A stretch of DNA of 45,418 bases from a candidate division WOR-3 bacterium (GTDB taxonomy: Bacteria > Hydrothermota > Tepidihabitantia > SM23-42): NCBI GenBank assembly GCA_030671005.1, contig DAOVAN010000002.1, positions 1-45,418 of the forward strand, read 5' to 3'. Positions 36,511 through 45,238 of this stretch are shown here, in pieces (the first letter of the stretch is position 1; every line of letters starts with the position of its first letter). The notes beneath the pieces were generated by a model. That model searched no databases. It had not been told where the DNA came from and saw only the letters and a program-made list of their open reading frames with translations. The position numbers and the translations under genes are program-made.

Positions 36511-37800
36511 ATGAAACCCGTTACGCGCAGCACCTTTTTCAATATCTCTTCGTTCCAGATATTGACGATGTTTCGAAGGGGGCTATTCTACAGCTACCTC
36601 TCAATCTATCTCCGGTTCTTCCTCGGCCTGAGTGTCACAGAAACAACACTCTTCGCCACATTGCCTATGGTACTCAACATTGTTTTCCAGCGATTCGTAT
36701 GGGGAGCGCTATCTGATAAGTACCAGCGGAGACGGACACTCATCATCCTCGGTGAGGTTCTGGCGGCAATAGGTACCTTGATTGTCTGGTATGTCCATAA
36801 GCTGCCCGTCAGCAAACTCGCCGCAGGTTATGTCATCATAGGCGGATTGTCGCTGGTCGAGATATTCTGGTCGATGTCGAATATCGGATGGAGCGCCATC
36901 ATCTCTGACCTCTATCCTGAAGAAGAACGTACCGGCGTGCTGGGCAGACTAACAAGCATTGGCGCCCTGGGTAGGATTGTGGGTGTCTTGATTGGAGGGC
37001 TGGCATACGATGGCCTTGCACGATATTATGAGGGGTGGGGTTTTGATGAAGGATTTCTATTCTTTGTTGCTTCTGGGGTCATGCTCATTTCAACCATTCC
37101 CATGTTCTTCGTGCCCGAAGGCGGAGTCAAAACCAGGGAGCAAAGTCAAGGAGAAGTCTCTGCCAAAGATAGTAAAGAAAGCAAGTTCTCAAGACTCTCC
37201 CGGGTATTCACCGTATTCCTATTGGCAATGATTTTCATCAATTTCGGCCGCAACTCAATCGTGGTAATCAAAGCCCAGTATCTCTCACTCGATGAGGGGT
37301 TTAATGTATCAAGCCAGCTTCTCAGCTATATTGTGAACATGCAATCTCTAGCGATCTTCATCTTCGGGCTGCTTGTCACAAAACTATCGCGCCGCTACAA
37401 AGATGTTGCTCTGCTATTCACGGGTACGATCATTGGAATCCTGAGTCTTGTAGGCTTTGTGCTAGCAACCGGATTACCCGTCATTTTCATGAGTAATTTT
37501 CTTGCTGGTGTCTCCATGGTGGTAATCTTATCGTCATCATATTCATACGCGTCAAAATTGATTCCGCCATTGCAGCGTGGAAAACAGTTCGCTTGGTTCA
37601 ACGCCACATTCTTCCTCAGTTGGGGCGTTGCCGGAACCCTGATTGCCGGGCCGATAATAGATCTACTCACACGGGCCGGCGCGTCTCAGGTCTTCGCATA
37701 TAGAATTTCCTTTTTGTCATCAGCGGTGCTAGTCGTGATTGGCGCAATTATATTATTCTTTGCCGACCGGATGAAAAGACGTATCATGGATCAGCCGTAG
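36511..37800 (+). CDS. MFS transporter
   Basis: 429 aa with about 12 TM helices in two 6-TM halves separated by a charged loop (TREQSQGEVSAKDSKESK). Confidence 0.75.
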   Translation: MKPVTRSTFFNISSFQILTMFRRGLFYSYLSIYLRFFLGLSVTETTLFATLPMVLNIVFQRFVWGALSDKYQRRRTLIILGEVLAAIGTLIVWYVHKLPVSKLAAGYVIIGGLSLVEIFWSMSNIGWSAIISDLYPEEERTGVLGRLTSIGALGRIVGVLIGGLAYDGLARYYEGWGFDEGFLFFVASGVMLISTIPMFFVPEGGVKTREQSQGEVSAKDSKESKFSRLSRVFTVFLLAMIFINFGRNSIVVIKAQYLSLDEGFNVSSQLLSYIVNMQSLAIFIFGLLVTKLSRRYKDVALLFTGTIIGILSLVGFVLATGLPVIFMSNFLAGVSMVVILSSSYSYASKLIPPLQRGKQFAWFNATFFLSWGVAGTLIAGPIIDLLTRAGASQVFAYRISFLSSAVLVVIGAIILFFADRMKRRIMDQP

Positions 37801-37926
37801 AAGACTGCCACAAGGTATTTTTTCTCAAATAGACGACGTATATTAGACCAAACATACAAAAAGAAAAGATACACCTTGCGCTAGCCTAATCTCCGCTATT
37901 CAACCCTCTAAAAATCATAGTCTGTC

Positions 37927-37954
37927 TTGACTTTGTGCGGTTCTTGGCTACAAT
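37927..37954 (+). promoter_or_regulatory. promoter with apparently leaderless start for the V-ATPase operon
   Basis: TTGACT at 37927-37932, a 16-nt spacer and TACAAT at 37949-37954. ATG 37960 lies 5 nt after the -10. Confidence 0.5.
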
Positions 37955-37959
37955 AGAGC

Positions 37960-38280
37960 ATGAAATTGATTGAAGAAATCAAGAAAGCGGAAGAAAAAGG
38001 CGAAAACCTGAAGAAGAATGGCGAAAATGAAGGCCGACAACTGCTTGAAAAAACGAGAGAAAAGGGCGAGAAAAAAATCGCAGCCCTTGATGATGAACGG
38101 AAAAAATTATTGGAAAAGGAACTGAATAAGGCACAGAAAACAATCGATGCCGAGATCAAGAAACTGGATGCCCAGCACGAGAAAAGCACCATTAAAATAG
38201 AGGATTCATATAAAAAGAATGAAGAAAAAGCAGTCAAAAAAATCCAAGAATTAATACTCAAATGGCCGTCCTCCCAGTAG
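37960..38280 (+). CDS. V/A-type ATPase peripheral-stalk subunit (G/H-like)
   Basis: 106 aa, a highly charged coiled-coil (KKAEEKGENLKK...). It is the first gene upstream of subunit I. The assignment rests on position and composition. Confidence 0.5.
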   Translation: MKLIEEIKKAEEKGENLKKNGENEGRQLLEKTREKGEKKIAALDDERKKLLEKELNKAQKTIDAEIKKLDAQHEKSTIKIEDSYKKNEEKAVKKIQELILKWPSSQ

Positions 38281-40349
38281 AAAAAGTACAGATAGTCGTT
38301 CATAAGAGCATCAAGGATCAGTTCCTCCATGAGCTGCAAAAGGAAGGAATTGTCCACATAGCTGAACTAGAGGAGTCCACGCCGAAATCATCGAGTGAAC
38401 TGACCCGCATAGATGAAGCTCTGAGTCAGCTCTCCTCTTATAAGAAAAGGAGTCCACTCTCGATGTTTTTCAGCGTCAAACGCCGGCTATCCTATGATAC
38501 TTTTGTGAGTTCAACTGGGTCTTATGACCACACAAAGACGGTGGCCCAACTCGAGAAGGTTAAAGCAGACCGCGAGAAGATGCTCGTACGTATGCATCAG
38601 CTCGAGAATGACATCGAGCTCTTATCTCCATGGCAAGCCTTCAAAGAAAATCTCCGCACCTTGCGAGAATTCAAGCAAACCGATGCTTTGACAGTAATCA
38701 TCCCGTCAAAAGAAACATTCGAACAGCTGTCAGATATCATCGCTGACATACCGCACTCGGTGGAGCATGTCAACACAATCGGAACTACCTTGTACTCTAT
38801 CTTCTTCGTTAAAAAAGAACAGAGCATGTCGTTGCGGGCGCGTCTCGTTGAAAATAATTGCGATATCCAGGATCTTCAAGGTCTTGATGGCATTCCAGAA
38901 AAACTCGTTCGTCAGTACGAGCAAGGACTGTCAAACATAAGGGAGACAATCACCACACTAACCGAACAAGAGGAAAAGCTTTCACAGGAAATTCTGCACT
39001 TGGAAGCAACATCTGACCTCCTTTCCATAAGGCACGAGAAAGATGATTTAGCCGAAGCCTTACCCGAGACCATACGCACAACTAACATAACAGGTTGGGT
39101 ACTCAGACGTCACCTTAAGCGATTGGATAAACTCATGGATAAGTTTCAGCTGGTCTTCTATGAGAAGATCGCAAGGGAGCCCGACGAGCGGCCGCCGGTT
39201 GCTCTGCAGAATGTTACGCTGAGCAAGCCTTATGAAATGCTCATAAAATTATATAGCATGCCCGAACCAAAAGAGTATGATCCAACACCTTTCTTGGCTG
39301 TCTTCTTCCCGATCATGTTCGGCTTGTGCATCACGGATGCAGTGTATGGTATTCTATTGATACTCATTTCAATATACCTTATGCGTAATGTCACGGGCGA
39401 CAAAAGTCTATTCAGAATTCTTTTAGTCGGCGGCATCTTGACTATCTTTGCTGGAGCAATGGTCGGCGGGTGGGCTGGTGATATCTTTGAGTACATAGGT
39501 TTTGAACCGCTCATGAGATTCAGGCAATCCCTCATCCTCTTCGATCCAATAACCAGCCCAATGATTTTCATCGCGATTGCACTGGGACTAGGGTTTATTC
39601 ACATGATGCTGGGCATTGGTATCGAGATATATGACGATTTCAGAAATGGCGACTACAACGCGGCGATTTTTGCCAACCTTACCTGGTTTGTCCTCTTACC
39701 ATCAATCATATTATACTTCGCAGTATTCGGTTCATCCCCAGGGGTAAAAGCAGTCCTGGAGATTATATTGTGGCTCTGCATCATGGGTATCATAGTAGCA
39801 TCACACCCCGAGGGTGACCCAAAGCCCATCCATCAAGTTGTTTGGGCAGTGATCATCTGGTTTGTATGGTATTGGTTTACGAGCACAGCAGGTGCCCTGC
39901 TTCAATTCAAATATGTCATTCAAATTCCATCTATTGCCTATCTGGGTATTGTTCCATTACTTATTTTTGAAATCACACGGATGAAGGAAGCGAAGAGAGT
40001 ATTAGGAAAAACCGCATGGGGTTTTTACAACCTATATGGTATTTCAAGTTATCTTGGTGTACTACTTTCATATGTACGCCTTATGGCATTAGGCATGGTC
40101 ACTGGAGTCATTGCCATTGCCATCAACAAAATCGCTTGGATGATGACCGGCATACCGGTTCTGGGCATCATTCTCGCCATCATTATTCTCATTCCTGCCC
40201 ATCTCTTCAATCTTATTATTAACACGCTTGGTGGTTTCATTCACACCATGCGCCTACAATATATTGAGTTTTTCGGCAGATTTTACAGTGGTGGAAGCAA
40301 GCCATTCAAACCATTCAAGTTTGAAACGAATTATGTGGAAATAGAATAA
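38262..40349 (+). CDS. ntpI: V/A-type ATPase subunit I (a-subunit, membrane stator)
   Basis: 695 aa. The N-terminal cytoplasmic domain begins with the typical M..VEKVQIVVHKS, and the C-terminal half has about 7-8 TM helices with RLMALG. Confidence 0.85.
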   Translation: MAVLPVEKVQIVVHKSIKDQFLHELQKEGIVHIAELEESTPKSSSELTRIDEALSQLSSYKKRSPLSMFFSVKRRLSYDTFVSSTGSYDHTKTVAQLEKVKADREKMLVRMHQLENDIELLSPWQAFKENLRTLREFKQTDALTVIIPSKETFEQLSDIIADIPHSVEHVNTIGTTLYSIFFVKKEQSMSLRARLVENNCDIQDLQGLDGIPEKLVRQYEQGLSNIRETITTLTEQEEKLSQEILHLEATSDLLSIRHEKDDLAEALPETIRTTNITGWVLRRHLKRLDKLMDKFQLVFYEKIAREPDERPPVALQNVTLSKPYEMLIKLYSMPEPKEYDPTPFLAVFFPIMFGLCITDAVYGILLILISIYLMRNVTGDKSLFRILLVGGILTIFAGAMVGGWAGDIFEYIGFEPLMRFRQSLILFDPITSPMIFIAIALGLGFIHMMLGIGIEIYDDFRNGDYNAAIFANLTWFVLLPSIILYFAVFGSSPGVKAVLEIILWLCIMGIIVASHPEGDPKPIHQVVWAVIIWFVWYWFTSTAGALLQFKYVIQIPSIAYLGIVPLLIFEITRMKEAKRVLGKTAWGFYNLYGISSYLGVLLSYVRLMALGMVTGVIAIAINKIAWMMTGIPVLGIILAIIILIPAHLFNLIINTLGGFIHTMRLQYIEFFGRFYSGGSKPFKPFKFETNYVEIE

Positions 40350-40359
40350 AGGAGGCAAG

Positions 40360-40839
40360 ATGGCAGAAAGTTTTGGGTTAGCTATAGCAATCTCTGGCGG
40401 AGCGCTCGCAGCAATACTTGGTGGAGTTGGATCTGCTATCGGCATAGGTTATGCTGCTCAAGCAGCGAACGGAGTATTGAGTGAAGATCCGGAGAAATTC
40501 GGCAGCTTGTTGATTCTCGTTGCCCTCCCAGGCACTCAGGGTGTATACGGTTTCATAGGTGCTTTTATGGTGTTACAGAAAATCGGGATCTTCGGTGGTG
40601 AAATGGTTACCCTCACTCTAGCGCAAGGTTTTCAGTTCTTTTGGGCCGCGATGCCCGTTGCCATCGCCGCTCTTGTCTCAGCCATATGGCAAGGCAAGGT
40701 ATGTACGTCGGGTGTCGAGATGGTTGCCAAGAGACCAACTGAGGCCGCCAAGGCAATGATTTATGGAATTCTCGTTGAGTTCTACGCAGTCCTTGGTCTG
40801 ATCGTCACTATTTTGGCTGTCGTGCAGATGCAGCTGTAG
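40360..40839 (+). CDS. ntpK: V/A-type ATPase proteolipid subunit K (4-TM duplicated c subunit)
   Basis: 159 aa that aligns by eye with Enterococcus hirae NtpK, including PGTQGVYGF, WQGKV and LVEFYAVLG. Confidence 0.85.
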   Translation: MAESFGLAIAISGGALAAILGGVGSAIGIGYAAQAANGVLSEDPEKFGSLLILVALPGTQGVYGFIGAFMVLQKIGIFGGEMVTLTLAQGFQFFWAAMPVAIAALVSAIWQGKVCTSGVEMVAKRPTEAAKAMIYGILVEFYAVLGLIVTILAVVQMQL

Positions 40840-40840
40840 T

Positions 40841-41404
40841 ATGTCAACACAGAAAGTAACTAACAAAATAATCGAGGACGCAAGGAGAGAAGCTCAGGAT
40901 ATCCTCACAAAATATAAAGTCGAAGCAGCAAGTATCGAGAAAGAATTTGCTGAGCGCATAGCACAAAAAAAGAAACAGATCGATATCGAAATCGAGGAAA
41001 TCAAGCAAACAGAGATTATGAGGGCGCTCTCTCAGAAGAGACTCGACCTTAACAAGAAGATTACCGGACAGAAACAGAAATTGATCAGCTCCACAATCGA
41101 TGAAGCAGTATCAAAATTACTCGGTCACAAAGAATACCTCGATTTTTTGAAAGCGCTGATCAAAAAAAGTGGTGAAAAGGAAGGCGAACTGCTACTCAGC
41201 AAGAACGACGTTAAACGGTACCGTGGTGACCTGGAGAATTATATCAAGGCCGAAGGGTTGAATCTAAAGATCGCAACTGGCGATGATATGACGGGTGGAA
41301 TGATCATAAGAAGGAAAATGACAAACCACATCGGATCGCTTAACATAATACTCGAATTACTGAGCGACGAATTGGCTATCGCCATTTCAAAAATATTATA
41401 CTAA
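40841..41404 (+). CDS. ntpE: V/A-type ATPase subunit E
   Basis: 187 aa with an N-terminal long charged helix (IIEDARREAQDIL...) and a C-terminal globular part. It starts 1 nt after the subunit K stop. Confidence 0.75.
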   Translation: MSTQKVTNKIIEDARREAQDILTKYKVEAASIEKEFAERIAQKKKQIDIEIEEIKQTEIMRALSQKRLDLNKKITGQKQKLISSTIDEAVSKLLGHKEYLDFLKALIKKSGEKEGELLLSKNDVKRYRGDLENYIKAEGLNLKIATGDDMTGGMIIRRKMTNHIGSLNIILELLSDELAIAISKILY

Positions 41405-41431
41405 GCTGGGGAATATGTAAGGAGGTCGTGC

Positions 41432-43468
41432 ATGGCTGAAAAAGGCATCAGAAACATCGGACTATTTGGACACGCCAGCAGTGGTAAGACTACGATTGCG
41501 GATGGTATCCTCTATCTTATGGGCGCCAATACCAGATTCGGTAAGGTCAGTGAGAAAACTTCAATCTTTGATACTGACCCCGAAGAGCAAGAAAAAGAGT
41601 GCAGCCTCAACCTGGGACTGGCATCATTCAATCATAAAGACGTCACGATTAATCTCATTGATACACCTGGCTATGCCGATTTCATTGGTGAAGCACTAAG
41701 TGGAATTGAATCAGTTGATTGTGCAATTGTAGTGGTCGATGCCTTTGCTGGAATCGAAGTCGGAACCGAAAGACTGCTCAGCGAGATCGCCAAGAAGAAT
41801 ATACCGGTGGTGTTCTTCATCAATAAATTGAGCAAGGAGAACACTGATTTCTACAAAACCCTCTCCTCGATCGGCGAGGTCTACAAAGAAAAGATCGTCG
41901 CGTTGACACTGCCCATCGGCGAGACAAACAACCTCAGCGGCGTCGTTGATGTTCTTAGAACCAAGGCTTATGGTAAGGAAGGTAAGGAAGGTTCAGTCCC
42001 CGATGACATGAAGGAGAAGATCCAACAGCAACAGGAAAAGTTCATTGAAGCCGCGGCTGACCTCAACGAAAGCCTGATGAATAAATACATCGAGGGTGAG
42101 AAGGTAGAACTGAATGAATGCATCGAACCCGTGAGGAACGGCATCATAGAAGGCAAGGTCGCCCTGTGTCTTGCCGGCGATGCACTGGAACTGATCGGCA
42201 TAAATAATCTGCTCGAAGCTATCATCGAGTTCCTGCCCTCATCTCAATCATTACCTGAGATTCAACTGGACGACCAGAAGATTAAACGCACGGATGATGC
42301 ACCGTTCTTAGGCTACGTGTTCAAGACCGTAGTCGAACCACATCTTGGTGAACTGTGTTACCTGAGAGTCTTGAGTGGAAAGGCCAAGAGTGGCGACGTA
42401 ATCAGCAACACAACGAAGTCCACCGAGGAAAAGATTAACCAGATCTTCTCGCTCAAGGGTAAAGAGAAAACCGAGATCGGTGAAATTACCAGCGGTATGA
42501 TAGTGGGTCTAGTTAAATTAAAGAATACCCACACCGGCGACACGCTGGCGAAAGGCATCAAGGTATCGCTGCCGCAAATAGAATTCCCAACCCCATCGAT
42601 ATCTATGGCAATTGTGCCCAAGGCAAAGGGGGACGAGGAAAAGATTTCCTCTGGACTAACACGCCTCCGTGATGAGGATCCCACATTCACCTTCGCATAC
42701 GATCCGGAAATTAAGCAGCTGATAATTTCGGGTATCGGCGAATTACATCTCGACATCATCCTTGCCCGGCTGAAAAGGAAGTATGGCGTAAGTGTTGACC
42801 TGATCAAACCACGCGTCAAATACCGCGAGACGTTCACGAAAAAAACCGAGGCCCAGGGTAAATACAAGAAACAAACCGGAGGTCATGGACAGTATGGTGA
42901 CTGCTGGCTGAGGGTCGAGCCATTGGAGCGAAGTAAGGGTCTTGAATTCGTCAATAAAGTCGTAGGTGGCGCCATTCCCACACGTTATATACCGTCGATC
43001 GAGAAAGGCGTAAAAGAAGGATTGGACCAGGGCTTTATTGCCGGCTATCCACTCACCGACTTACAGGTCACTGTCTATGATGGCTCCTATCACCCAGTTG
43101 ACTCTTCAGATATCGCGTTTAAAATTGCCGCCTCGATGTCCCTCAAGGCAAATGCAGAAAGAGGCAAAGTAGTCTTGTTAGAACCAATCCAGGAGGTAGA
43201 AGTCTACGTTCCTGAATCTTTCATGGGTGATGTCATTGGCGATCTAAACAGCAGGCGTGGTAAGATCATGGGCATGGAAGGCGAGGGCAAGACACAAAAG
43301 ATCAAAGCACTGGTCCCCGAGGCTGAGATGTACAAGTATTCCACCAGTCTTCGTTCAATGACCCAGGGCCGTGGTTATTTCAACATGAAGTATAGCCACT
43401 ATGAGGAAGTACCGCGCGATACAACCCAGAAAATAGTCGAAGAGGCACAAAAAGCAAAAAAGGAATAG
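41432..43468 (+). CDS. elongation factor G paralogue (EF-G2-like translational GTPase)
   Basis: 678 aa. G1 is GHASSGKT, G3 is DTPGYADF and the G4 position reads NKLS. Domains II-V are recognisable (e.g. GELHLDIILARLKRKYGV). AAGGAGG lies upstream. Confidence 0.8.
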   Translation: MAEKGIRNIGLFGHASSGKTTIADGILYLMGANTRFGKVSEKTSIFDTDPEEQEKECSLNLGLASFNHKDVTINLIDTPGYADFIGEALSGIESVDCAIVVVDAFAGIEVGTERLLSEIAKKNIPVVFFINKLSKENTDFYKTLSSIGEVYKEKIVALTLPIGETNNLSGVVDVLRTKAYGKEGKEGSVPDDMKEKIQQQQEKFIEAAADLNESLMNKYIEGEKVELNECIEPVRNGIIEGKVALCLAGDALELIGINNLLEAIIEFLPSSQSLPEIQLDDQKIKRTDDAPFLGYVFKTVVEPHLGELCYLRVLSGKAKSGDVISNTTKSTEEKINQIFSLKGKEKTEIGEITSGMIVGLVKLKNTHTGDTLAKGIKVSLPQIEFPTPSISMAIVPKAKGDEEKISSGLTRLRDEDPTFTFAYDPEIKQLIISGIGELHLDIILARLKRKYGVSVDLIKPRVKYRETFTKKTEAQGKYKKQTGGHGQYGDCWLRVEPLERSKGLEFVNKVVGGAIPTRYIPSIEKGVKEGLDQGFIAGYPLTDLQVTVYDGSYHPVDSSDIAFKIAASMSLKANAERGKVVLLEPIQEVEVYVPESFMGDVIGDLNSRRGKIMGMEGEGKTQKIKALVPEAEMYKYSTSLRSMTQGRGYFNMKYSHYEEVPRDTTQKIVEEAQKAKKE

Positions 43469-44227
43469 ATGCGCCCGGTTCTTATTGAATTCGGCGGGAT
43501 AGAGATCCCAGCATACGGTGTCATGCTGGTCGTCTCCTTTCTTGCCGCCCTCTGGTATGTAAAACGCAACGCACCCAGATTCAATATCTCCCCTGTCATC
43601 ATTGAAAACCTGGCTTTCTACATAATGCTCGGCGTCATTGTTGGTGGCCGGCTGCTGTATGTAGTCTTCCACTGGGCACAGTATGAAAGCGACATCCTCG
43701 GCATAATCAGAATCTGGGAAGGTGGGATGATGTTTTTCGGAGGGTTTATTGGGGGCTTTCTCATTGGCGCGCTATACATGAAGAAACAAGGCGTCGCCAT
43801 ACTGAGAATATCTGACTTGGTCGCTCCCGCACTAGGTCTTGGGCTGTTCTTCACGCGGATCGGCTGTTTCCTGAACGGCTGCTGTTTCGGAACACCATCA
43901 GCATTACCATGGGCAATACGCTTTCCCGACGCATGTGTGGCCGGTTCTTCACCCGTGGGCGGTCAATACCTACATCCAACCCAAATCTATGAATCAGCGT
44001 TTGGCCTTGCCCTCTTCTTTTTTCTTAACAACCGACTGGGAAAGGCGCACCAAAAGGGTGCGGTAATTGCGCAATACCTTATTTTTTATGGCGGGTTTCG
44101 CTTCGGGGTAGACTTTATCCGCTATTATGAAAATAGTGCCAACTTCTGGATTAATCAGGTTATTGCCTTGTGTCTAATCGCCGTAGGAGTCATAATTCTA
44201 ATCAACCCCTTCAAAAAAGAGTCTTGA
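43469..44227 (+). CDS. lgt: prolipoprotein diacylglyceryl transferase
   Basis: 252 aa with YGVMLVVSF, RIWEGGMMFFGGFIGG and HPTQIYES motifs. Its ATG immediately follows the EF-G paralogue stop. Confidence 0.85.
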   Translation: MRPVLIEFGGIEIPAYGVMLVVSFLAALWYVKRNAPRFNISPVIIENLAFYIMLGVIVGGRLLYVVFHWAQYESDILGIIRIWEGGMMFFGGFIGGFLIGALYMKKQGVAILRISDLVAPALGLGLFFTRIGCFLNGCCFGTPSALPWAIRFPDACVAGSSPVGGQYLHPTQIYESAFGLALFFFLNNRLGKAHQKGAVIAQYLIFYGGFRFGVDFIRYYENSANFWINQVIALCLIAVGVIILINPFKKES

Positions 44228-44928
44228 GCCCTTTCTTCAAATTTCTGAAACCGGGATTAGATTTCGTACTCCCCCAGATGTGCTTACTATGTGATGAAGA
44301 AACCGAGAAGGGTATGGTTTGCGACAACTGTTTAGATTACCTACCCCTCGTGAACCCCCCCGTGTGTCAGCATTGCGGCAGACCAGTGAAGAAAGGACCG
44401 TTATGCCATTTGTGCAAGAAGGAGGGTAGGCTCGATCACGGACGCGCCTGGATGGTCTTTATTCCACCATCAGACAGATTGATTCATCATTACAAATATC
44501 GAAAGAAGACAAAACTGGCACACCTTTTTGGCCGTGCGATGGCATCGCTTATACACGCTGACCACCTACTCAAAAATGCTGATGTTATAACCCCGGTGCC
44601 TCTTTTCTGGTGGAAGCGACTCCGTCGAGGGTACAACCAAGCGGCCCTGCTCTCACGGATCATCAGCGAGGAAACCGGGATTCGCACACAGGACATACTC
44701 AAACGAGTCAAGAATACGAAAACGCAGACCCGTCTAAGTGAATCCGAGCGTGAGAAGAACGTCATGAATGCGTTCACTCTGCACACGAATAGTTTTAAGA
44801 ACCAAAATGTGATTTTAATTGACGACGTTCTCACGACCGGCGCAACCATGAATGAATGTGCCCGCGTGCTTAAAGAACACGGCGCGACTGAAGTGTATTC
44901 ATGTGTTGCGGCAATAACACCGGGATAG
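44224..44928 (+). CDS. comFC: ComF-family protein (double zinc-ribbon + phosphoribosyltransferase domain)
   Basis: ORF 44170-44928. TTG 44224 overlaps the lgt stop and is the more plausible start. CLLC...CDNC and CQHC...CHLC are present, with the PRT motif VILIDDVLTTGAT. Confidence 0.75.
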   Translation: MSPFFKFLKPGLDFVLPQMCLLCDEETEKGMVCDNCLDYLPLVNPPVCQHCGRPVKKGPLCHLCKKEGRLDHGRAWMVFIPPSDRLIHHYKYRKKTKLAHLFGRAMASLIHADHLLKNADVITPVPLFWWKRLRRGYNQAALLSRIISEETGIRTQDILKRVKNTKTQTRLSESEREKNVMNAFTLHTNSFKNQNVILIDDVLTTGATMNECARVLKEHGATEVYSCVAAITPG

Positions 44929-45189
44929 AATCGTACAATGGTTGAGGTTGAGATGCTGGAAAGACAAAAGTCTTATGTCTTTCAACACATCAACAGACTG
45001 AATCGTGCATCAAAAGAGACCCCACTTAATCAATTTGTCATCATGGATTCGAGCTCTCAGTCATCATCCGGCTTGTCCCTCTTGTCATCGTCCGGCTTGA
45101 CCGGACGATCCAGAAAAAATGCGAATGCATACGACCACCTGGATTCCCTGGTTAAACCAGGGAATGACAGAATAGCAGCTTTTGAGGCG

Positions 45190-45218
45190 TTGACACACCT
45201 GCAAATTTCGAATAATAT
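45190..45218 (+). promoter_or_regulatory. sigma70-type promoter for the aldolase gene
   Basis: TTGACA at 45190-45195, a 17-nt spacer and TAATAT at 45213-45218. A short A-rich leader without SD precedes ATG 45239. Confidence 0.5.
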
Positions 45219-45238
45219 TCAATCCTGAGAAAAAAAAT

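Noticed and set aside
41405-41431. Absence of the V-ATPase A/B/C/D/F genes read as gene loss or a non-functional ATPase
   Set aside because: The window only shows they are not adjacent. They may lie elsewhere in the genome, so only the unusual operon split is reported.
4051-44849. Numerous 60-176-aa ORFs antisense to or out of frame within long genes (e.g. 4051-4581, 5767-6126, 7624-8013, 20440-20796, 28616-29050, 30091-30486, 42358-42867, 44490-44849)
   Set aside because: They are shadow ORFs inside confidently assigned CDSs, with no SDs or recognisable domains.
44938-45228. 96-aa ORF between comF and fba
   Set aside because: It has no SD, it is low-complexity and Ser-rich, and it contains the fba promoter and two strong hairpins. 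It is kept only as an open question under findings, not as a feature.
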